A DNA stretch of 64,000 nucleotides. Source: Octopus vulgaris. Lineage: Eukaryota. The stretch lies in the NCBI GenBank assembly GCA_951406725.2, contig OX597826.1, positions 5,704,001 through 5,768,000 on the forward strand, given 5' to 3'. Shown one piece after another: positions 56,348 through 64,000 of this stretch. Position numbers and translations under genes: made by a program. How positions within the stretch are numbered: position 1 is the stretch's first letter; every line of letters begins with the position of its first letter. A model generated the notes under the pieces. That model was given only the letters and a program-made list of their open reading frames with translations. It was not told the origin of the DNA and ran no database searches.

Positions 56348-57493
56348 GCTGAGGAGTAAAATGGAAACAACGTGTTGAAACATGAAATTCATCACAATAT
56401 ATTTCAACGATGCTCAAATTTTATTCATGAAACTAAGTACCATTACAATCAGCGCATTTTTGCACTCCCTCTCTCGCAAGAAACCATGAAGCTACTTGAA
56501 AAAATGGTAGTCGGTAGCAAAAAGGTCTGAGAAATAAGCTGGGTGGGGAAGAAATTCGTAGCCAAGTTCCTTAAAAATCTTGACCATCATTAGTAAAACG
56601 TGTGGTCGACTATTCTCATGAAGAATGATAGGCTCTCTTCTGTTGACCAGTCTGGGACGGAGGAGTAGCAGTTTTTCGTTCATTTTGGAAATTTCATGAC
56701 AATATGTTTCTGCAGTAATGGTTTTTTCTGGGTTTTAAGAAATTATAGTTGATGACTCCAGCTGTACACCATCAAGCAATCATCATAACCTTTTTTTGAA
56801 CAGCGCGGGTTTAAGGAAGTTTTTTCTAACCACTGCGAAGACCGTTTTTATTATTGTACAGAATCCACTTTCCATTGCAAAATGGTCGAGAAACGGATCG
56901 GTTTGGTTACGAAGAAGGGACGAGCAAATTTCATATCTGTGTAATTTTGATTTTCATTCAAATCGTCTGGTATCCATTTGTTGAACCTTTTTGATTTTCC
57001 GATCGCATGCAAATGGTTGGAGGCTGTTTTCTGACTAACTTAAGTTCTTTTGCCAGTTCACGATTGGCTTTACGTGGATCTTTCTCAATGGCGGTCTTTA
57101 AGTGACCGTCACCGACGACAGATGAGCTTTCAGTGCGTTCACAAACTTCAAGGCTCAGTTCTCCACAGCGAAATCGTTTAAACCATTTTCGATTTGACCA
57201 ATCACTGGTCATTTCCTCACCAAACGTTTCATTGATATTCCGAGCTTTATGTTCTTTTTTGAAGATGAATAGCAAAATTGCACGAATATCGTGCTTTGAT
57301 AGTTCCATCTCCGATGATTGTAACAACAGTAATAAAAGTATCGATGTTGATTTATTGATGCATCTGGGCAAGTCTATATCTGTATTATCAAACGTTTGCA
57401 AAAATTGTTTTAAAAAATTCAAAACTCTGCAAAAATTCCGGTACAAATTCTTGATGGTTCAAAACGTTGCTTGCTTTTCGTTCATCTTATGAT
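56343..57493 (-). mobile_element. Degenerate near full-length mariner with both TIRs
   Basis: MELSKHDIRAILLF...WFKRFRCGELSLE and ILHENSRPH...LGYEFLPHPAYFSDLFATDYHFF. Imperfect TIRs at 56343-56380 and 57458-57493. Confidence 0.88.
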
Positions 57494-59330
57494 TTCGTTC
57501 ATCATATAATTTTTAGGTTGCTTATTTTTTGGGGGTGGGGTCGGAAGATTTTAATGCTATTGCATACACGGAAGCTCTTACGTGAAGGTAATATGATATG
57601 ATTTCAATTAACCACTGCCTCAATATTCCGTCAACCCACAGTAAATTACTTAGATATGAATTATTATATTTGTGATGTGCATCGTCTCAGAGTCAGCCAC
57701 TTGTATTTCGAAATAGGTATATCACTATCTGTTTACGTGACAGTCGTTTTGTTGTGATATGAACCAGTGAAGTATGTAAAAAAGATAAGTAAAAGAAAGA
57801 CAACATAAAACTCCTTCCCGAATCGCATAGACTCATGGGGCCAGTAAGTAGTGTTTTGCTCCAGAACACAACGCATCGCCCACTCCAGAAATCAAAACCA
57901 CAAGCTTAAAATAATGAGTCAAACACATTGACCCTTAAACTACACAACTCCACAGTGAAATTTGTAACTAAAATTATTCCACAATGAACTGCTAGACATA
58001 GTTAAGTCTCTTATATGTATGTTCATCATTTAATATTTATGTTCACCGTTTAATATGCATTTCGTCCTTCAGAAACCAAGAATTTCTGGAGTCTTACACA
58101 ATTTGGTATATAATTTAGAAAATAAAGTCACTATTATATATGAAACTAACCAAATCAGCACACATCAGAATTACGGTCAGACTGTCATGTATTTGTGTAC
58201 TGTGATTGTGAAAATATTACTCTATCAATATGACCAGTAATTTGACTGGCTCTTATATCGGCCCCAATACAATGTAATCTTAAATAACTCATAAAAAAAG
58301 AGATATATAATGGATATTTGTGTGACTATTATATGTTGAAAATTCAAAATAAAATGCTTTAAGAATTGTGTGCGTACAAGCTTCAGGTTCCTGATCTATT
58401 CAAAATATATATCATTTTGCTGGAATATATCCACTGCTTAAAGAAGGTATGAAAGTATTTCGAACCTTTAGTTAATGTGTTTATTGATTCTTGTTTTATA
58501 GATTTATATTTGTTATATATAACGCTTTTAGCAAATTTTATTTTGGCAACATTTGCAATAGGATAACACGTCACTGTTATATTTTACTCAAGCTACTCTA
58601 TCAGCATCTCAGTTTCAACAAAGTAAAGGTTTCGTTAACCTCACAAAAATATATTCTTCTCAACGAAACTCAATTATATTCTCTACAGTAGTGTATAGAA
58701 AATGCGTAAAGTAATGTACATGTTATGTGAGGGATTAGTTTTCCTGTGGCATTTCTGCTGATTAATTATTATTTTATGATCTGGGTCTATCAGAAAAGAA
58801 ACACTTATCAGAATGAACGTGAGCCACTGTAACTCTATATAGGCACGACTAACTCGAAGTAAGACGACGCTGAGCGAATAATGATGGGATGCTTTCATAA
58901 AAATAGTAGAATTTGAAGACTTTCACAGTATGTTAAATCGATTATAATCTATTTGCAATGTTATTTGCTTCTTTCGGTATCACTCTTTCAAAAGTCTACT
59001 ATCAATGCCACGCCTCCCGCATGTACACACATACATGAACGAAATACAAATTTACAAACACGTCTTTACAGATGCGTTTATGCTGAGAAAAACGTACTTT
59101 CATTTACACAATCGCCTATGTTACGAACATACCCTTTTATATAAACTTTTATTAAGAATTAGTTGTATATAAAAACTGAAAATGTCATACAGGAAATATG
59201 CCTTCATATACAAGTACATTTATTTTTGCAATTGTAATTTTAAAATGGATTTCATTAAGATATAAGAGAGTGTTAAGTATATAAAGCAAGTTATAAGGTA
59301 GATCTGTTGATAGAACTATTCAAACAGAAA

Positions 59331-59726
59331 TCTTTATATATAAAAGTCAAGTTCTGTGTCTGCCTCCTACGATTTAGATTCCTAACTACTCCCACATTTT
59401 GAGGTGCAGTTTAACCAAAACCGGGTATCTTATAGTCGTGATTCATATCAAGCCCTTCTGGGTATTAGCGCGCGTCTACGATGAGTCTACGATTTAAAAA
59501 ATAATTTACCAACATTTTTTTCCATTTTAATGCATTTTATCGCTATTATATAAGGGAAGTAACTCTCTAAAAATATATACGATGAGTCAACGATTTAAAA
59601 AAAAATTACCATATTTTTTTTCCGTTTTTAATGCATTTTTTGGCTATTTTGTGGCTATAACTCTCTAAAAATGCTTATATAGTTATCTCCCTTACAAACC
59701 CGAGCAACACCGGGCGATACTGCTAC
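59331..59726 (+). mobile_element. Non-autonomous Helitron
   Basis: 5' TCTTTATATATAAAA follows an A. The 3' hairpin CCCGAGCAACACCGGG is followed by CTAC|T (consensus CTAG|T). There is an internal ~100 bp tandem duplication (ACGATGAGTC.ACGATTTAAAAAA). Confidence 0.8.
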
Positions 59727-59766
59727 TAGAGTATAGAAATATGTGAATGGATGCATGTATATATGT

Positions 59767-59982
59767 GGAGGCACATGGTTAGTGGTTAGAGCAGCGGAAT
59801 CCCGGTCGAGGTATCGTGGGTTCGAATCTCAGACCGGGCGATGTGTATGCTTATGAGCGAAACACCTAAGCTCCACGCAGCTCCGGCAGAAGGTAATGGC
59901 AAACTTCTGCTGACCCTTTCGCCACAACTTTCTTTCCCTCTTTCCTCCTTCATCTTGCAGCTTACCTGCGACGGACCGGCGA
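59767..59982 (+). mobile_element. tRNA-type SINE (3'-truncated)
   Basis: GGAGGCACATGG.TAGTGGTTAGAGC A-box and GGTTCGAATCTC B-box; paralog of 28597-28856. Confidence 0.85.
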
Positions 59983-62376
59983 TGACAATTGGTTGGTTCC
60001 CAAACGAAAATTTCGCAAAATATACACGGATACGATTGTTATCCGATGCTGTAACACATCTAACACTTTGCCAACACCTAAACAATACATATCCTATATA
60101 ATGACACGCAGGTAATATAACGCAACGACAATTCAAAAACACGCTCTTTGCCCACAACAAACATCCCGACCACTCATACAACACATATGAAATATAATAA
60201 TTGTCCAGGAAACAAAGTATAGGTAGATATATTTACATATATAGATACATATAATATATTCTACATATAAATCTCTGAGATAACATTAGAAATAAAGAAA
60301 CAACAATATTCCTATAGTAGATTTCAACAAAGGTAATATATGGAAACTATTCTGCCAGCCCCGGAATGAATGCCAGAAGCATAGAATGATACCTAGTGTT
60401 CGGGCAGGAACGAATTCTACGGGAAACATGATGGAAATAATGATATAAATTTTGAAATACTCTTCGTTCTTGTACATAATTTTTTGAAAATTACAAGAGT
60501 TTGTAGTACAACAAATTATCAGTATAGACTTTGAAACGAATAAAATAAACAAATGAGTTTTATCATGAGATGAGGAGAAGGAAGAGTTAGAAGAGGAGGA
60601 TCAGAAGATCCCGGGTTGTCTTGCATTGCCTTAGGGTGATGAATTATAGAAAACATATCCGATGAATCGCAAGGGTACACATCTGCTTTTATTTTAATTT
60701 ATCCAAAATCCTCAAAAGTAATTTTCATATCGATTAGTTCTAAATTTAAATTTCAGGAGCGTGATTGATTGCTTTGAAATTACATGATTAAAGAAAGAGC
60801 ATAAACGTAAATTAAACAATTATAAATGGTTTTTTTTTGGCACATGATGACCAATATGTATTACAGACGTCACTAATAAATAGTTCAAGATGGAAACTCC
60901 TGGTCAGCCTGAATTCCATGAAATTAGTCAAACATTGGAAACACAATTTTTTGTTTTAAATCTATTCGACACACATTATAATAAACAAGAAGCAATATCA
61001 TTCAACTTCCAAACTACAGATAGTGCGAAACAGCCATATTTTTCATTTATCATACAAAACTATGATCAGCTAAAGAGAAAAAAAATTAGATGGATTTGCA
61101 AAGAGCCAGGGAGATGTCCTAGAATTATTATCGGAATGCGTGGAGGGCATTTAACCCATTATATTTAAAACTATATAGCTTCGACTAAATTCGTATATCA
61201 TTTTTCATTGTTAGGTATCATGTTACTATTATCAGGAGAACAGCATTTTCCATTATTCATAATATTCATTACGCTTTTTTTCTATCAATCTAAAACTCTT
61301 GTAGTTGAGAGTTTATGACGTTAAGTTGAGTTATGTTTCGTATTACTTGGTTGTATACAGGAAAGGAATATAAAGAGTTGTCATATTGGCAACCGAAAGC
61401 AAGATGAATGGCGTCATTGGCGAGCAGCTTGAATAAGTAGATGAACCCAGAGAATATGATTGTTTCTTACATTCATGAGTAGATGTTTCCATTTTCAATT
61501 TGCAAATGTGCCAGTTTTACGTTATACATACCGAGAGAGATAAATTTGTTGGGCATAATGTAATAGGAAACAATAATTCAAAACGAAGGTTCAGTTACGA
61601 ACCAGGTTTGCAATAAGAATAAAACAACTCCAGAAACCAAATTTGTGAGGCGTGTTCCCAAAACATCAAAGTCCGACGTATTCGTAAAAGGCTACGCGTT
61701 TAGCTACCGTCGTGGACTGGCCAAAATTAATCATCTACGTGACTAGTGAATAGTAGCAAAGACCAAAAAGAATGATCATTGCTGACCATTATCGATTATC
61801 TTAAGTCACTTAACCTTTCTTTGTCTTATTATATCTTCTATTATCGTTACATCCTCCAATTTCTATATCTTCAAGACACATACATATGCGCGAACACACA
61901 GACGTGTACACCTTTATATTTATTTCTTCATTTTTGACCTAAGAATATCTCTATTCAGGCGGGTGTGAAAAATATATATGTCATTTTCCTTGTGTAAACC
62001 TACAGTTGGTTCTCAATAGGAGGTCAGACCACGTTAGAGCAATTGCTTATATTAGAAGATACACATTTAGGAATGGCCGGAAGGAAGCTGTCTATAATTG
62101 TGTTTGTAAAGAGAGAAGTGTGAGACGGTTTCAAGGAAATATAAAGAGCAAAGACTAACTGGAAGATATTCTTGATGTCTATAATTTATTTTTGTCTTTA
62201 CCTTTATGTTTAATTCATCTGTGTAGGAGTTTGTGCACTTTTTAACATACATAGACATAAAAATATATGCATACACTCATATAGATACAGTTATAAAAAG
62301 AGCAGCTGTGATATTCTGTATAAATTCTTGTATATATACACTCACAGGCATATATTTGCGTATGTATATATGTATG

Positions 62377-62429
<53 letters not shown>

Positions 62430-62480
62430 CTATAGATAGATATATACAGATGTATATATACATATATGTATGTATATGTG

Positions 62481-62533
<53 letters not shown>

Positions 62534-62664
62534 ATATACGTGTTTAAAATATATATTGCATATTCTATATATACAATCAATATACATATATATCAAGATA
62601 TATATATATATATATACATGCATGTGTGTGTGTGTGTCTAAGTGTGTGTATGTATATGTGTGAG

Positions 62665-62706
<42 letters not shown>

Positions 62707-63133
62707 TAATTTAAAAGGTTATATTATTCTACTGAATTATTTCAACATATACATCATGCTACATTTAATCTAAATGATTTAAGGCATTGAAATTTGTCAG
62801 AAAACTAAATTTAAATTTTGCATAAATTCCCTAAATAAAGATCGAGAGTATTTGATCGCTAATCGAATGCAGATTTCTGAATATTAAAATTCAGCATCAA
62901 ATGAACTTCGATTGATCAAGTAAAAGTACATAAACTGCACTTTGCGGAGCTTTAGGTCGAAAATGTTTTGCGACATCGAATCCTTCAAAGGTTAAATTGT
63001 CATATAATAACAGTCATTTTAATTACATTTTATCTATATTTATAGTCTTCGTCATTTTATTAATCAATATATTTAGTTGTATAGCAAAATACATCTGTAT
63101 AAATAGATAGAATAAAAAAAACACAGTTTGCTA

Positions 63134-63699
63134 GTGGGTTGTCCGGAAAGTTCGTGCCGATTTTTAAAGGAAACTAAAATCTCAATAAATACTTGCCATT
63201 ACATTTTTAATCAACCAAATATGAGCCATTTTCTTGAACACTGCGTCTCCATCTTTCTTTTAACTTAAAAACACCCACTTCCCAGAACTAAGGTTGTTTC
63301 ATGGCTAAGCATTCATCAAGGTATCTTTTTACGTCATCCAAGGAATTGAAATTTTTACCACTAAGACTATTCTGCAGAGACCTGAATAGGTGGAAATCAA
63401 AAGGAACCATATCTTGTGAATATGAAGGGTGGGGTAATACATCCCAGCCGAGCTGCAGCAATTTCTGTCTGGTTCCCAAAGGATCAAGTGTCGAAAATGA
63501 ACTTTCTAATCTTCCATTTTAAAGGGTTGCAGAATTAACACAGGTTATTGGAACATAAACCTTCTTCCACGAAAAGATAGCTTAAACTGTGTTCTAAATG
63601 GAGCTGTAGCTAAATGCTATTTTATTGACTCAAACATGTTGTAAATTAAGTCGAAATGTAAGCTACTATAAATCGGCAAGAACTTTCCGGACAACCCCA
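63134..63699 (-). mobile_element. Internally deleted mariner (MITE-like) with TIRs and TA target duplication
   Basis: TIRs GGGTTGTCCGGAAAGTTCGTGCCGATTT / AAATCGGCAAGAACTTTCCGGACAACCC with TA on both sides. It retains LGWDVLPHPSYSQDMVPFDFHLFRSLQN. Confidence 0.92.
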
Positions 63700-64000
63700 T
63701 AATTGTATACTAGATCTACATAGGATATATAGCGGTGAAATAAATATATTTAATATAGGTTACGGAAATTTATTAAATATTTCATTTATCAGAGTTTTAG
63801 ACTATTTGAATATGACATTCCTGGAGGACCGACAAGATAGTTAAAAGAATATATACCAAAAGGGAATATAGCCAAGTTGACGTGGATATTGTGCTGGAGT
63901 TCCACAGAGGCATTCACCTTGACAGATTCTCTCAGAGAGACGCATCGCTAACAGATAAACATGAACATACTGGGTCTCTGCAATAACAGATATCGACTCA

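Noticed and set aside
56345-56380. CTGAGGA-GTAAAATG-GAAA-CAACGTGTT HHR-like string
   Set aside because: There is no stem II, and it is explained as the mariner TIR.
59767-59840. tRNA-like A/B boxes
   Set aside because: This is the head of a multi-copy SINE, not a tRNA gene.

Overview
AT-rich, microsatellite-saturated eukaryotic DNA with no recognisable host gene exon. The SINE families and repeat style resemble a cephalopod (Octopus-like) genome, which is an inference. Most ORF-track hits are microsatellite artefacts. The real coding remnants are all transposons: three mariner copies, a near full-length CR1-type LINE (9.35-13.7 kb, minus), two Penelope-like RT remnants (16.1-17.8 kb minus with GIY-YIG; 49.4-51.0 kb plus), a 5'-truncated R4/Dong RLE retroelement in (TAA)n plus two fragments, a non-autonomous Helitron and many tRNA-type SINEs. 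The main hidden signal is about 15 type I hammerhead-ribozyme (HHR) motifs, from intact (24727-24807) to heavily decayed, belonging to several sequence families. They lie in short non-coding units in or near (TA)n/(CA)n arrays, are often arranged as fold-back inverted repeats, and are often co-oriented with a shared TTGGCTGCTATTTCT motif. This suggests a Penelope-pLTR/retrozyme-like system of self-cleaving mini-retroelements. All base-pairing was read by eye.
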